Source: Octopus sinensis
Taxonomy: Eukaryota
NCBI RefSeq assembly: GCF_006345805.1
Contig: NW_021835759.1
Span: forward strand, 1 to 38,962
Direction of reading: 5' to 3'
DNA: 38,962 nucleotides
The notes beneath the pieces were generated by a model. It worked only from the letters and a program-made list of their open reading frames with translations. It ran no database searches and was not told where the DNA came from. A program made the translations under genes and the position numbers. The first letter of the stretch is position 1. Each line of letters starts with the position of its first letter. Positions 12,414 to 25,507 of this stretch are shown one piece after another.

Positions 12414-12833
12414 GGATCTTTTCGATTTGAACGACAGTTTTTCTAGCGGTTTCATATGAAATTATCACCCATAATTATGACTCTAGTATCGATCTATTGC
12501 ATTTCAATCTATTTTAGGGTTAGGGTTAGTTAGGGTTAGGGGTGGGGGGAAGGGTATCTTTTCTTTCTTCACAAATGTAAATAAACCCAACCTGTTTCTT
12601 AAACGAGGGACATATTCAAACGGCACAGAATGTTTTCACCTCAATAGACGTCATTATTTGAAATTGCAGAATTGAAGAAAAAAACAACAAATATCTTAGA
12701 AACTATAGAATTTTCTCAATAAAGCCAAGAGAAAAAGATGTTTTATAAACACATTCTAGCAGTATACGAAGTTTAAGATTTTTTATTTACCTGGAAATTA
12801 TGTTAAAAACTGCCGTTCAAACCGAAATGATCC
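12414..12833. mobile_element. MITE with 29-bp TIRs, 8-bp TSD and internal TTAGGG repeats
   Basis: TIRs at 12414-12442 and 12805-12833 (26/29 match); TSD aaacctca (12406-13) / aaacctcg (12834-41); ttagggttagggttagttagggttagggg at ~12514-12542. Confidence 0.8.
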
Positions 12834-12964
12834 AAACCTCGCTATGTTAGCTTACAGGGTATTTTATGTATCCGTATTTTTGATATTTGTTTGTGTAAGG
12901 CTTTGCCATATCCACAGCACATTTATAATAATTCTGTTATTTCGGTTTATGCTTCATTCAACAG

Positions 12965-13045
12965 CTTAGAATTCGGCAATTTGCTGATCTGGAATATGGC
13001 CTTATTGCTTTATATCATGTTGATATAGACTTCAAGACTATAAAG
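12965..13045 (+). CDS. Candidate internal exon of an unidentified gene (LRIRQFADLEYGLIALYHVDIDFKTIK)
   Basis: Pyrimidine-rich acceptor ...gcttcattcaacag| and donor AAG|gtatga; 81 nt, open only in phase 0. No family recognised. Confidence 0.4.
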
Positions 13046-13249
13046 GTATGATAACGAAAGCCGTATAAGTGATGGTTTCTTATGTTTGGAGATGAGATTT
13101 ATGGAGATAAATGTGCAGGACATTTTCTCAAAGATATTGATGGGAAAAACAAAAAAAAAATCAGAAACATTCCAGCTGGAAACAATTCTGAGTGAGTATA
13201 GAAATAAAAACAAAAAAAAGAAAATATTTATTGAGGTATGACCTGTGTG

Positions 13250-14194
13250 TATATCTGATGTGTGTGTGAATAAATATACACATATTCACCATATATATGC
13301 ATATATATATATATATATATATGTATATGCACACACACACGCACACACACACACCATATATATATATATACACACACACAAATGCATTAGTTTTATTTTA
13401 GAAAAATATATATTCTATATATTTTTCTGTACATTTTCTACAATTATATGTAATTTATTGGGAAATGTGGCATATTTTTAGAAACGTCTTCATCTCTCAC
13501 AAAAACCTGCTTTATATGTACACACACACACACACACCATACATACATACACACACATATAAAGAACACACGTGAGGTTCAAAATTCACAACAGACGTAT
13601 TATATATATATATATGTATGTATATATATATGCATATATATTACATATATATATATATATATATATTATATTATATTATATATTTATATGTATGTATATA
13701 TACATATGAATGTAGTATGCCAACACCACTCGCACACGCATATTTATACATCCTTATTACACACATGCACACACTCACCAATGCAAATACATTTATCTAT
13801 ACACACGCACACACATACATGCGCACACAAATAACTAAAGTGAGAAAGAAAAAGATTTGACCTTTGCGCTTTTGCTTTGATTTTATTCGACTCCAAGACT
13901 ATGTCGTAAATACCCGACTGCCGTACATCGCGTTCTTTTCTTTCCTTTTTCCTTCCCACTTTACACTTGTTTGCGTGGTGCAAATTTATTGCCATGCATT
14001 TCCGAAGCTAAATTTTCGCAGAGAATTTACTAGAATCGTCCTCCTTCTGTTTCATCGGTTTCTAAATACAGTTACGTCTATAAAATGGCTTCTCTGGCGA
14101 TAACCAATCAGATTTATTTCTTGCTGGTCGTTGAAGCAAATGTGTTCTGCATACGTTTTCAGACATTCCTCTTCACAGTTCGCTAATGCATGCA

Positions 14195-14274
<80 letters not shown>

Positions 14275-14306
14275 GTTATGTATATATATATGTATATATC
14301 TATATG

Positions 14307-14396
<90 letters not shown>

Positions 14397-14441
14397 CGTA
14401 TATATATATATATATTATATATATGTATGTATATATATATG

Positions 14442-14493
<52 letters not shown>

Positions 14494-14564
14494 ATATATA
14501 TTATATTATATATTTATATGTATGTATATATACATATATGTATATATGTATGTATATATGTATG

Positions 14565-14613
<49 letters not shown>

Positions 14614-15470
14614 GTATATATGTATGTATATATGTATAAAATACAACGGAATTTCTCTAAATCTTCCCTTATCATTCACACCATTTTCTTTTTTTCTTTC
14701 TTTCTCTCTTTCTTTCTTTCTTTCCTTTTTCTTCCGTTCTCTTTTCTCTTAGTGGATTCACGCACGCACTCACAAGGACTAATGACATGGAAACACACTT
14801 ACATGCTGCTCTTTTCTGCACACACATACATAAATACGCATACGCATACACACTTGTGATCTTCCGTGCACACAGACTCATAAACCCACACGCACACGCG
14901 AACGCATACACACACACACACACACAACACACTCGTGCGATGATGCAAACGATCCTCTCTCCACACACACAAACGCCCGTACCGAAACACACAAGTACAC
15001 ACAGAAATGCACAAAGGCGTACGCAAAAGCGCACGCACTTTTACTCACACACACACTCTCACACACACACATACACACATACACACACAGACATACACAT
15101 ACACCCCCACACACGTACACACAGAAATGCACGAAAGCGTACGCACTTTTACTCACTCACACGCACACAAACACAAACACACATACACACATACACACAA
15201 ACACACACGCATACACATACACGCACACGCGAACGCATACACACACACACACACACTCACACTCGTGCGATGATGTATATGTGTTTGAGTATCTCAATTT
15301 TGGTAACGTACGTACACACCGCATACACATACAACCCCCCACACGTACGTACACACCGCATACACATACACACACCACACACATAGACACACACTTAAAT
15401 ATACTTAAAACTCTCTCTCTCTCTCTCGCCATTTCTCTTCTTTTCTCTCTCTCTCTCTCTCCCTCTCTCT
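13250..15470. repeat. Microsatellite field: (TA)n, (CA)n, (TTTC)n, (CT)n, with duplicated CA-rich minisatellite blocks at 14890-15275
   Basis: Seen directly; e.g. acacagaaatgcac...gcgtacgca occurs twice and gcacacgcgaacgcatac...ctcgtgcgatgatg occurs twice. Unique island at ~13850-14180. Confidence 0.85.
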
Positions 15471-16205
15471 CTCCTTTCGTCTGTTTTTTCAGCAACCCTC
15501 TTTCCTTCACAAACTCCATGTTTCCTGCTCGTGCAATCAAACAGTGAATATCCTCCACGTTCCGTCATCTCATTCCGAATGGACAACTGCCTTTATTACC
15601 TTGGTAGTTAAATCAACTTTTATATTATGAAATAATGTCTTTTACATTCCAACCAATATCTCTCTCCTCCAGCTTTTTCTATCCAAATCCTTCCTTCCAC
15701 GTTAACTTTCCGATCTATCTCTACACTACAAACATAAAACCATGACCCCCACCACACAACACCAACAACCGGACTCTAAGCAATGTTTCACAAGTACGAT
15801 GTATATTTTGTTTTATATCTAAACTTTGTATTTCAATCCTCTTTTCCCTGTCAGAAAACAATCTCCACTATTTTATTTGATTTCTTTTTCCGCCATTAAC
15901 TGGCAAAATTTGAAGCCTTCTCGGGCCATTTTCTGCTCATTTCTATTATATTTACATACTGACAATATCTCGATACTTTGCTGTGTGTAATTCTGTAAGT
16001 GGTGTAACATATAAGGGCGATTGAAGTAATTTCTCGTTTACATCGCAGAAACCGCATGAAAAAAATAACATTTATAATAAGGCGTAGTGTGATGTTGTGA
16101 TGTTAATACTTGTTTTAAGTGTTATAACCGCATAAATAAACTGAATATGACTTTAACAGTTAATTCTAATTGTATCACAAATGCGTAGTACCAGGAGTAT
16201 ATTAG

Positions 16206-16326
16206 CATCATGCTGCAACATATGAACATATAAAACCATATCTCACACACATAGAAGACACTCAAACATTGAACCATCCACATAAAATCCGGTACGACCT
16301 CAGATTATGCATATATAATGATGCAG
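16206..16326 (+). CDS. Candidate exon (HHAATYEHIKPYLTHIEDTQTLNHPHKIRYDLRLCIYNDA)
   Basis: Open frame between a weak acceptor ttag| and a strong donor CAG|gtaggt. Confidence 0.25.
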
Positions 16327-16698
16327 GTAGGTTGCTGCAATTTTTCCCCAAGTTAAATCTAATCCAACAGAAATACGATGAAGTTAAGTCGCGACTATCT
16401 CAATTTTGGTAACTGTCATGGTGTATCTGGGATTATGTATAATAAATTATCTTCTTTTAAAGCCTGTCCTTTGGGACAGTTTTGACTGATTCTATCCACA
16501 GTTCAAGTTGATATTCAAAGAGTTCCATGTTGGTTCATTCATAGCCTTCTTTATTTGGAAATCTCTTGATTGTAGTTCTACAGTCATAAATCTACACTTT
16601 AGTTTACAGAAGTGTAAAGTAGCATCGGAACATCTTCTATGTGAATCGAAGGCTAGTGTATAGTATCTCAGGCATCGTACAATCGTTATCTCTGACAG

Positions 16699-16949
16699 GA
16701 TTTGATCTTGAAGTCAAGACAGCAACAATTGACCCATGTCTCCAGACAGTATTGTTTTCGCATTTCCCTTCTATCGCCTGTAACTCTGGATAGTTTACTC
16801 CTTCCTGAGCGACAAGGATCTTTTGAGCACAGTTTAGTCAAACAAATATTTGGCACACATTCACTGATTTTGTTTTCATGCACTGTGTCTTATGTAGAGC
16901 AAAGAACCACGACATATTTTATCTTTCACCCAATGAGCCCCGTGAAAAG
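16699..16949 (+). CDS. Candidate exon (or two exons split by a short intron)
   Basis: Acceptor tctctgacag|, donor AAG|gtataa; 251 nt open in the ORF-track frame (DLILKSRQQQ...HPMSPVK). An alternative frame ends ...HDIFYLSPNEPREK in phase with the next candidate. Confidence 0.3.
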
Positions 16950-17019
16950 GTATAAAACTTAGATATGTGAACTATAACAAAAACCCTCGGCAATTACACA
17001 ATTATCCTATTTTCTACAG

Positions 17020-17135
17020 CAGGGAACTGTTCCTCCACATGAAGCCTATTTACACCCAAGTAAATCGAGCCACCGAGTCTTTGTTAAATGTCTTAAGTAC
17101 GGAAAGAAGATAAAGCTTCTTTTGCCGGTGATCAG
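17020..17135 (+). CDS. Candidate exon (QGTVPPHEAYLHPSKSSHRVFVKCLKYGKKIKLLLPVI)
   Basis: Strong acceptor tcctattttctacag| (NAGNAG) and donor CAG|gtacga; open in phase 0; follows a 70-nt intron candidate. Confidence 0.4.
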
Positions 17136-17509
17136 GTACGAACTACGGATCCATGGATCAATAAAATGTAGCCATGATAAATCTATACAAGTGTTGCAGA
17201 TATATATTAGAAATCCCGGTCCTTCAAACGGAACTCGATGTCGTTTCATTATTGGTTCCTTCCAATAATTCCACGTGGAATCATTAAATTATCTCTTTAT
17301 CAAAACTTGCATCTGAGAACCTGAAAAGTTCTCTGAAATATTTCCATCTGCCTCTCGGTTATGACGACACTCATAACGTATATTGATCAGGAAATCTTTC
17401 ACAATAGAAATTCGACATGCGTACATACATCCACTAATACACACATGTATAAAGATGTATGAATGTATACGGAAGTATATGTATGTATGTATACATATAC
17501 ATACATACA

Positions 17510-17543
<34 letters not shown>

Positions 17544-17746
17544 AATATATATATATATATACATAAATAGCTAAATGGCTATATATAGTTACATACGTAC
17601 ATACATAATACATACATACATACATTAATGCATACACACACTAATACATATACATATATGGAGAGAGAGAGCGAGAGAGAAAGAGAGAGATATATGCGGG
17701 TATTTGCGTGTATTTGCGTGTGTGTGTACGGAGATACATTGATACG

Positions 17747-17792
<46 letters not shown>

Positions 17793-17989
17793 CGTACAAT
17801 GTATAAGTGAATATATAAATGCCCGTGTAGGCATATATATTGGTGCAATACATAACCTTACGCAGGCAAACGAAACAATAACCAAACACATGATCCTACA
17901 CACACGCGCACAATCACGCGTGCGCACACACACTCACACACACACACAACACATACTCACACATACACACACACGTAGATAGTTATCAA

Positions 17990-19100
17990 TAAATTGATTC
18001 ATTATATTCGAGTAACTTTTTAAATTTCAGGTTTGCATGATTAGCTGTGAAAAGCCTCTTCAATATGGAGGAATCCCTCAGAAGTTTTCGTAATCTCACG
18101 GGATTACACAAGATAAGATATTTCATTGAATAAGGCGGTCAAAATTGGTGAAGAGAAGCCGATAGTCTAAGAATATTTTGGCAGAAAGAATCGTTATCTG
18201 AGGGTTAGATTCTTAACAAAAATGAAGAATGGTTCTGTAAAATGAGAAAGATGTTCATTAGGATTAAATTGGTTAATTTGCTGATTGCGAATATCATCTC
18301 CATTTAAGGTTAATTAATATTTCTCTGGACATTGGTTAGCTGGTCATTGTGGGTAGCCATGTCTTGCTGATAACAATTACTCTCTAAATTGTACACATGA
18401 AGGAATTCCTTTGGCTGTTAATTCCTACAAACTTTATTCTTCATGATTAATTATGATGATGATGATGATGATGATGATCTTCATCGCTGTCACCACCTGT
18501 GCCACAGTCGTTACGGCCATCATCATCATCATCATCGTCGTCGTCATCATCATCATCCCCATCAGCCCCATCTTCTTCCTCCTTCCCCCACCCCTCCTCC
18601 TCCTTCCTTCTTCCTTCTCTTCCATTTCCTCTTCCTCCTCTTCCATTTCCTCTTCCTCCTCCAGCTCCCCTCCTCCAATCTCTAACTCTCCTCACATCCC
18701 CACCTCCACCTCCCCACCTCCCCTCTGCTCACTCCCCCACACCTTTTACTCCTCCACTCCTCCCCACCTCCCCTCTGCTCACTCCCCACTCCTTTTACTC
18801 CTCCACTCCTCCCCACCTCTTCTACTCCTTCCTCCCTCTTCTTCCTCTTTCTCATCACAATATATATTGCATGTGTACTGTGCATACACTGTAAATATCT
18901 ACATTCTATACATTCTATGTACATATAATGTTTATACATTATACATACGCAGTATATATATTCTGAACATGTATGATAAGAAGTCTGCCTCATGTTCAAT
19001 TCCATTCCGTGGCATCTTCAGGAGGTCTCTTCAATTAGGTCGTCAAGTATGAAATTTGTAGTAAGGTTTATTGGTAAACTTTGACAGCTGCTCATTTTGC
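17990..19100 (-). mobile_element. Degraded retroelement remnant, probably Penelope-like, split by simple repeats (18430-18960)
   Basis: Stop-ridden protein-like frame on - (FNPNEHLSHFTEPFF...LFNEISYL...SEGFLHIEEAF) and an upstream decayed HHR (CTGAAGA TGCC...GGCA GA) at ~18979-19030. Family assignment is from recall. Confidence 0.4.
18435..18860. repeat. (GAT)n/(CAT)n and C/T-rich polypyrimidine tract with a ~43-bp tandem duplication
   Basis: Seen directly; cccacctccccctctgctcactcccc is repeated. Confidence 0.9.
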
Positions 19101-19191
19101 GCCATTATTATATTTTGACAAGCTTTATTTTTTGTCACAAAGTTAACACATCTATTTCTTTATTCTAACACATTTTGCTCTTTATAAAGTA

Positions 19192-20275
19192 CTTGCAGTA
19201 TCATCCGGTGTTGCTCGGGTTTGTTTTGACCCTTTAGAATTGAAATTTTTGAAAAGTAAAAATTTTGCATTATGCAACTTGTTATTCTCTTTAAGTGAAC
19301 ATTTTTCCAGTTGAAATACACCGAAAAATGGTGACACAGCAGTCAAAAATCGTAAAAAATAGGGATTGTCATAGAAAAAAAAGCACCTTTTTGATGTAAA
19401 TAATTATTTGGTGTTAACAAGGTCCGATTTGAATTTTATCTTCTACAGAATGAAGAGCAAGCCTTTTTCTATCATACTCTCAATTTTGGTCAACTTGTGT
19501 TGCAGGGTCTCGAAGGAGATAGTGTTAGTTGAAGGCCAGCTTTATATATATAGATTTGATACACACTACTTTCCATCCTTAATAATGAAACATGGTAGAT
19601 CCAAAAGTTAAACACACAGACACATACACAGATACACATACAGACACACAAGTTGAGTTTTATATATATAGATCTCTCAACGGGGTTTTCAGGGAAGCGT
19701 TTCAGGGAGTCGCTGGTGATGTGTCGTGATGATCAAAAATCCGGCCTGCTAAAATTTGGTTGAAGTGATTCAAACTGCAGTCTCAACGCAAAATGGTCAC
19801 ATTTAATTCAAAGCATTAAAAATGTTATGAAAACAATTGTCCTATGTTCACAAAGTCCAAACGATTAATACGAAAAAACCCTCCAGGCTACATCCCGAAA
19901 ATTCATTTCTTTGCCGAATTTCTACAATGTTTACGGAGATTCATTTTTTTATCTTGATGTTTTATTTTTCATGCAATTTACGCATGCTTGCACGCGTGGT
20001 GAACACAGTTCACACCAAACAGCTGACTGAGTAAAGTTCACTATTCAATGCTTTGGGATAAGGCCTAAACAAACACATTATCGATTTTTGCACTTGCGAG
20101 ATGAATTTCGGAACAGAAATAGCGCAGTTCAATTTTTATTCGCCTAAACTTTAAGTGACCCATTTTTGGTGGTTCAACGATTTGTTGGCTAAGAGATGTG
20201 CCGGGAATTTAAACACACAGACACACACACAGATACACACACAGACACACATGTTGAGTTTTATATATATATAGA
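19192..20275 (-). mobile_element. Cluster of non-autonomous Helitrons on the minus strand
   Basis: Three A|TC-tatatatataaa 5' ends (19554, 19672, 20275). One 3' end with hairpin CCCGAGCAACACCGG and degenerate CAAG (19195-19192), the same motif as the 970 end. Confidence 0.7.
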
Positions 20276-20309
20276 TTTATAAATCGGTTTTTGCTATTTT
20301 TATCTAGAG

Positions 20310-20649
20310 ATGGAATAATCAAAAATTCGTACAGTTTTGAAATATGAGTTCTTTCTTGGAAATACACCATCACAGACAGCTCGGAATATTAATGGAGTAT
20401 TTCATTCTAATGTTATTACAAAAGAGACAGTATCAAATTGGTTTGCCAAATTTCGTTCTGGAACTTTGAACTGAGCAACGCGGTCGACCAGAAACAAAGG
20501 TGGATAATGACGGACTGAAAGCCACCGTCGAGCCAGATCCATCTCAAAGTGCCTGTGAATTATTGTTGTTGTTTGGTGTTAGCAAAAAAACATTAATGAC
20601 TCACTTAGCTGAAATCGGTAAAGTAAAAAAGTTGGATAAGTGGGTTCCA
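20310..20649 (+). pseudogene. Mariner (Mos1/SETMAR-type) transposase N-terminal fragment
   Basis: ME*SKIRTVLKYEF.LGNTPSQTARNINGVF...TVSNWFAKFRSG...RGRPETKVDNDGLKATVEPDPSQS...GKVKKLDKWVP (HTH plus WVP motif). Confidence 0.9.
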
Positions 20650-20664
20650 CCATCGCTTGACAAC

Positions 20665-20828
20665 CGATTCCGGTGCATTTACGTCCCCGTAACTTAGCGG
20701 TTTGGCAAAATATACCGATAGAAAAAGCACTAGGCTTACAAAGAAAAAGTCCTGGGGTCGATTTCTTCGACTAAAAGCGATGGTCCAGCATCACCGCAGT
20801 CAAGTGACTGAAACAAATAAAAGAATAA
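20665..20828 (+). mobile_element. SINE 3' half (variant tail; related remnant at 35085-35225 on -)
   Basis: ccccgtaacttagcggtttggcaaaa...cctggggtcgattt...cgcagtcaagtgactgaaacaaataaaagaataa. Confidence 0.65.
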
Positions 20829-20874
20829 AAGAATATAGAATATATATATAGGGGAGAATTCACACACACAAAAA

Positions 20875-21035
20875 AAAAGATGAAGACAGATAGTGTAGAC
20901 AACAAACAGATGTGAAAAGGTCTTTAACGTTTCGAGCCGACGCTCTTCCACAGAAAGTTACACAGTAAGAAACAAAGAGAGAATATAAAGAATGTGTACT
21001 AGCTAGCGATCTATCATGGCGAGTGCCGGGCAGAT
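20875..21035 (-). repeat. Family F repeat, second copy
   Basis: Homologous to 5740-5905. Confidence 0.6.
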
Positions 21036-21061
21036 ACATATGTATACATATGTATATATAT

Positions 21062-21115
<54 letters not shown>

Positions 21116-22133
21116 CACGCACACAGACACACACACACATATATATGTGCATATATATATATATATATGTGAGTGTGTGTATATAAATATGTGCTGCATA
21201 AATGCATAATCATTGTACACCCTCTGTACATAGAATGTCTATACACTATAAACAGAATACATACTCCCTCTTCACGTATCTGGAGTTCGTTCCATGACTG
21301 ACAACTCTCTCCTCTCCGTCCCTGGCTATAACTTAACCGAAGTAGACAAAGATGGTAATGAGATAAAGAAGACGGTAATGAAGGGCAGAGAATGTAATCC
21401 AGGTTGTGATTTACGATGAAAGAGATGTGAATTGTTTCTAATAAATGAAGATTGTCACTTTATCTCATTGATCATGCTTTATTGACCAGGGAATGGCCAG
21501 CTGTGGCCCCGAATGCTTCTCGGTTTCACACGGATACGCACACACACTCACGTCGTGCGGCCACATCCACATACCTGCACACACACACACACACACACAC
21601 ACATACAAACACACACACACACACACCCATATGTACATTGTACACAAATACACACAAGACACAAAAGATGTATACACACGCAACACAGTACACTAATTTT
21701 TGCATAATTTTTAGTCACCTCCTTCTCAATTCTGCCTTAATATAACTCTTCCTCTTACTCACTCACTCACTCGCTCACTCACTCACTCACTCACTCGCTC
21801 ACTCACTCACTCAGTCTCTCTCTCTCTCTCTATCTCTCTTTCTCTCTCTCCATATCACTATCACACCCTTGACCACCGCAGTCTCTCAGCTGTCGTCATC
21901 TCATCTTTCAAAAGATTTTAGTATTTGAAACTTTTACTTCCAAACCTTCATTCATTCACACGCGCACACGCATGTACACGTACGCCGCACACAGTCAAAT
22001 GCACACATACACACACTCAGTGGCTCATGCACACACGCACACACACATACACAAACATGAATATACGCACATATGTGAATGTATTTTCACTTGCATTCGT
22101 TTTTGTATCTATCTATCTACCTACCTACTTATC

Positions 22134-22173
<40 letters not shown>

Positions 22174-22207
22174 CATATCCATGCATACACACACGCAGGC
22201 ACGCAGG

Positions 22208-22244
<37 letters not shown>

Positions 22245-22251
22245 CGAGAGA

Positions 22252-22791
22252 GAGGGTCATTAAAAAGCAACTCTCTATTTTAAAATACTTATAAATATTT
22301 TATTAATTGTAATTTTGACAAACAATGGATAGAAGAGGAAAGCTTTTAGTATGGAGGATTTATTTTTATTTAAAATTCGATATGGCTTCTATATGTCGCC
22401 ACCAGCTTCTCGAGTCGTCCAGGAATTGCGTCAACTGATTTCAGCAAGAACTCTTGTGGGATGCAAGAAGACGTATCTTCTTATATAGGCCCTTCAGGTT
22501 TTTCCAAATTCTTTGGTTTTGTACAGTAAATTTGTTCCTTTGACCACCTCCAAAGAAAGAAGTCACCGGGTGTTAAATCGGGACTCCGAGTTGGCAATAC
22601 ATGCGGACCACGACGACCCATCCTTCTCCCAGAAAAGTGGGCATTTAGATATTAACGAACGGCATGTGCAATATGATTACACATTAAATTCTCATACTTC
22701 AAAAAAGAAACAAAAATATTTGAGAAAAAATCACAATTAATAAATAATTTATTAGTATTTTAAAATAGGGACTTACTTTTCAATCACTCTG
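22252..22791 (-). mobile_element. Internally deleted Tc1/mariner element with ~65-bp TIRs
   Basis: TIRs (g/c)ag(g/a)gt(c/g)att(a/g)aaaag...ctattttaaaatact...ttattaattgt; TA at the right end; C-terminal transposase remnant GRRGPHVLPTRSPDLTPGDFFLW. Confidence 0.85.
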
Positions 22792-22974
22792 TACACACAC
22801 ACACACACACACACGCACACACACACACATACACACACACACTCACATACAAACACACGCTCACAGGCACACACATACTCAACATACACGCGTGGACACA
22901 CGCATACACATGCGTACATGAATCTACTTACATACGTACATACATACATATCCACACACACACACATACACATA

Positions 22975-24231
22975 TTGGGGTTGGACAAAATAATGCCAAC
23001 ACCTTAAAGTTTCAAACACATTTATTTTAATATGGATAGGACCACCTTTGGCAGTAATTACAGCTGGGATTCTACGAGGTACGGACTCGTACAAAGTTTG
23101 AATTGTTTCCAAAGGAAATTTTGTCCATTCTTCAACTAAAACAGTCTGCAGTTCATATAGTGATGATGGTGGAGGATAACGACTCCTTACATGTTTTTCT
23201 AAAATGCACCATAAATGTTTAATAATATTGAGATCTGGGGACTGTGGTGGCCACATTAGATGTTCAACTTCACTAGAATGTTCCTCGTGCCATTGAGTAG
23301 CAACTTTAGCTGTGTGAATTGGTGCATTATCATCCTAAAAGATTGCGTTACTCTCCGGAAACAGTTCCACAACCATAGGATGAATTTAATCAGATAAAAT
23401 TCTTAAATAGTCTTGACTATTAAATCTGCCATGAAGGGAAACCATTGGGCTAACGGATTTCCAAGATATAGCCGCACCAGATCATCACAGATCATCCTCC
23501 ATGTTTAACTGTTGGAAGAAGGCAGATTGGGTCAAATGGTTCTTTTGGTTGCCTCCGCAAGTATACTCGGCCGGTGGTCGGAAATAAGGTAAAGGATGAT
23601 TCGTCCGAGAAAATAACATCCTTCCACTGTCCTAGGGACCAATTCTGTAAGTTTGTATTCCACTCTAAACGCTGTGCAACGTTTGTTTTTGAAAGTAGTG
23701 GTTTTCTGATTGCAGCCTTCCCGTGAATTCCGGCTTTGTGCAGTTCCTGGCAAACAGTTTTTGTGGAAACTGGGTTCTGGAGGTGGTCATTAAGCTTTGC
23801 AGTAATTTCGGGAGCTGTACTTTTGTGATCCTTTCTAAGATTTCGCGTAAGAGTCCGACGGTCCCTCTCTGAAAGTTTTGGTTTTCTTCTGGAGTTTTAT
23901 TTCGATTATGAGGTTTTTCCCTCTTTTTCAAAGGTTATCATTACTTTCGAGACAGTACTTCTTGATACACCAAATATTTCGGCTGTTTTCGTTACGCTAG
24001 CGCCTGTCATACGAGCACCAACAATTTGACCTCTTTGAAAGTCTGTTAGATCTGTTATTTAAATGAATTTTAATTACCTTTTTCTGATATCTGAAAAGAA
24101 ACACCAATTTTAGCAAAACGTATTAAGCAACGTTAATAATAAATGAAAAACATAAAAGTAAACAAAATTTTTACGTTTTATAAATATTTCAAAATTATGA
24201 TGCTAGGTGTTTCCATTATTTTATCCAACTC

Positions 24232-24234
<3 letters not shown>
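22975..24234 (-). mobile_element. Near full-length decayed Tc1-like transposon
   Basis: 29-bp TIRs (23/29 match), TA on both flanks; frameshifted transposase with VIFSDES and WPPQSPDLNIIKHLW...VITAKGG. Confidence 0.93.
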
Positions 24235-24276
<42 letters not shown>

Positions 24277-24974
24277 TATATATATATATATATGTATGTA
24301 TGCATATATGTATATATGTATATATAAATATATATATGTATATACATATATATATATACGTATATATATATATACATATATATATATGTATATATATATA
24401 TGTGTGTGTGTGTGTTTGTGTATATAAATTAGGGACCTGCATTTTTGTATAAAATTCACTTCGTAGTGGTCAAGAGATTTCAACTGAGCAGGTAGCGCAA
24501 TAAATGTAAGGAGAAGTAAGTAAGGAGAAGTCGATATACAAAAATATGAAAAACACTTAATACAAAAAACGTAAATATGTATACATAAATTGTTCAACTT
24601 ACACCGAATTCCTGATATCATTGCTGTCCTGTGTAAGTCGGACTTTTGGTACGTATGTATGTATACGAGGCAACGTGCACGTATAGACACACGTCATAAA
24701 GCATCGTCTCATTTCTATGATAAATCCGTGCCTGGCATAACTTAGATGTAAATCTGATTTCTGACAATCTTGCTTCGAAAAACAACAACTCACTTTACCC
24801 ATTGGATTGTATTTAAATCTTATTAGACCATAATGCTTAACATCTGTTTTCCTTGACCAAAATTAATAGCGGATTCAACCACGAAACCCCAAACGTGGGC
24901 AAAGATATTAATTTACTTGTTTGTTTGTATTATATTACAGTCAACGAACTCTGATGAGTTTCTGATGTTTTGTG

Positions 24975-25160
24975 TTAGGGTATTTCGTCTGCCGTTACGT
25001 TCTGCGTTCAAATTCCGCCGAGGTCGACTTTGCCTTTCATCCTTTTGGAGTCGATTAAATAAGTACCACTTACGCACTGGGGTCGATATATTCGACTTAA
25101 TCCGTTTGCCTGTCCTCTTTTGTCCTCTCTGTGTGTAGCCCCTTGTGGGCAGTAAAGAAA
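24975..25160 (+). mobile_element. SINE family M, 5'-truncated
   Basis: Near-identical to the other family M copies; tail agccccttgtgggcagtaaagaaata. Confidence 0.9.
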
Positions 25161-25447
25161 TATGAAATACGTATTCGCTGAATTTCAAAAATGCTCCAAT
25201 ATGTCTCACATCATATAATTCTGTCAGTTTTCCCTACTATTCCCTTTTTGTTTTGTCTCGCAAAATTATAGGAAAATTCATTAATATTTGGTTTTTGCAA
25301 TGGTTAAGTTTGGATAAATGAGAACTTGGGCGTGGTTAAGGAATGTTATGGCTTGAGATATTATACAAATTTAATTCAAAGACTAAGTTTTATAATAGTT
25401 TTACGTGATTCTGGGTACTTTAATTAGGAAAAATACGCAATATATAT

Positions 25448-25448
25448 T

Positions 25449-25507
<59 letters not shown>

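Noticed and set aside
12514-12542. TTAGGG run as a telomere or fusion site
   Set aside because: Only about four units, and inside a TIR-bounded MITE.
14070-14180. TATAAAATGGC plus CCAATCAG promoter-like motifs, or a minus-strand exon ([10 protein letters not shown]...)
   Set aside because: Short motifs expected by chance in AT-rich DNA; no supporting gene context.
18031-18135. Strong acceptor tttttaaatttcag|G as a next exon
   Set aside because: Early stops in all frames; the region is better explained as a minus-strand retroelement relic.
18443-19052. His/Pro/Ser-rich ORFs of up to 199 aa
   Set aside because: They derive from (CAT)n and C/T-rich simple repeats and are open in several frames.
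24951-24975. CTGATGA motif
   Set aside because: No stem II or GAAA nearby.
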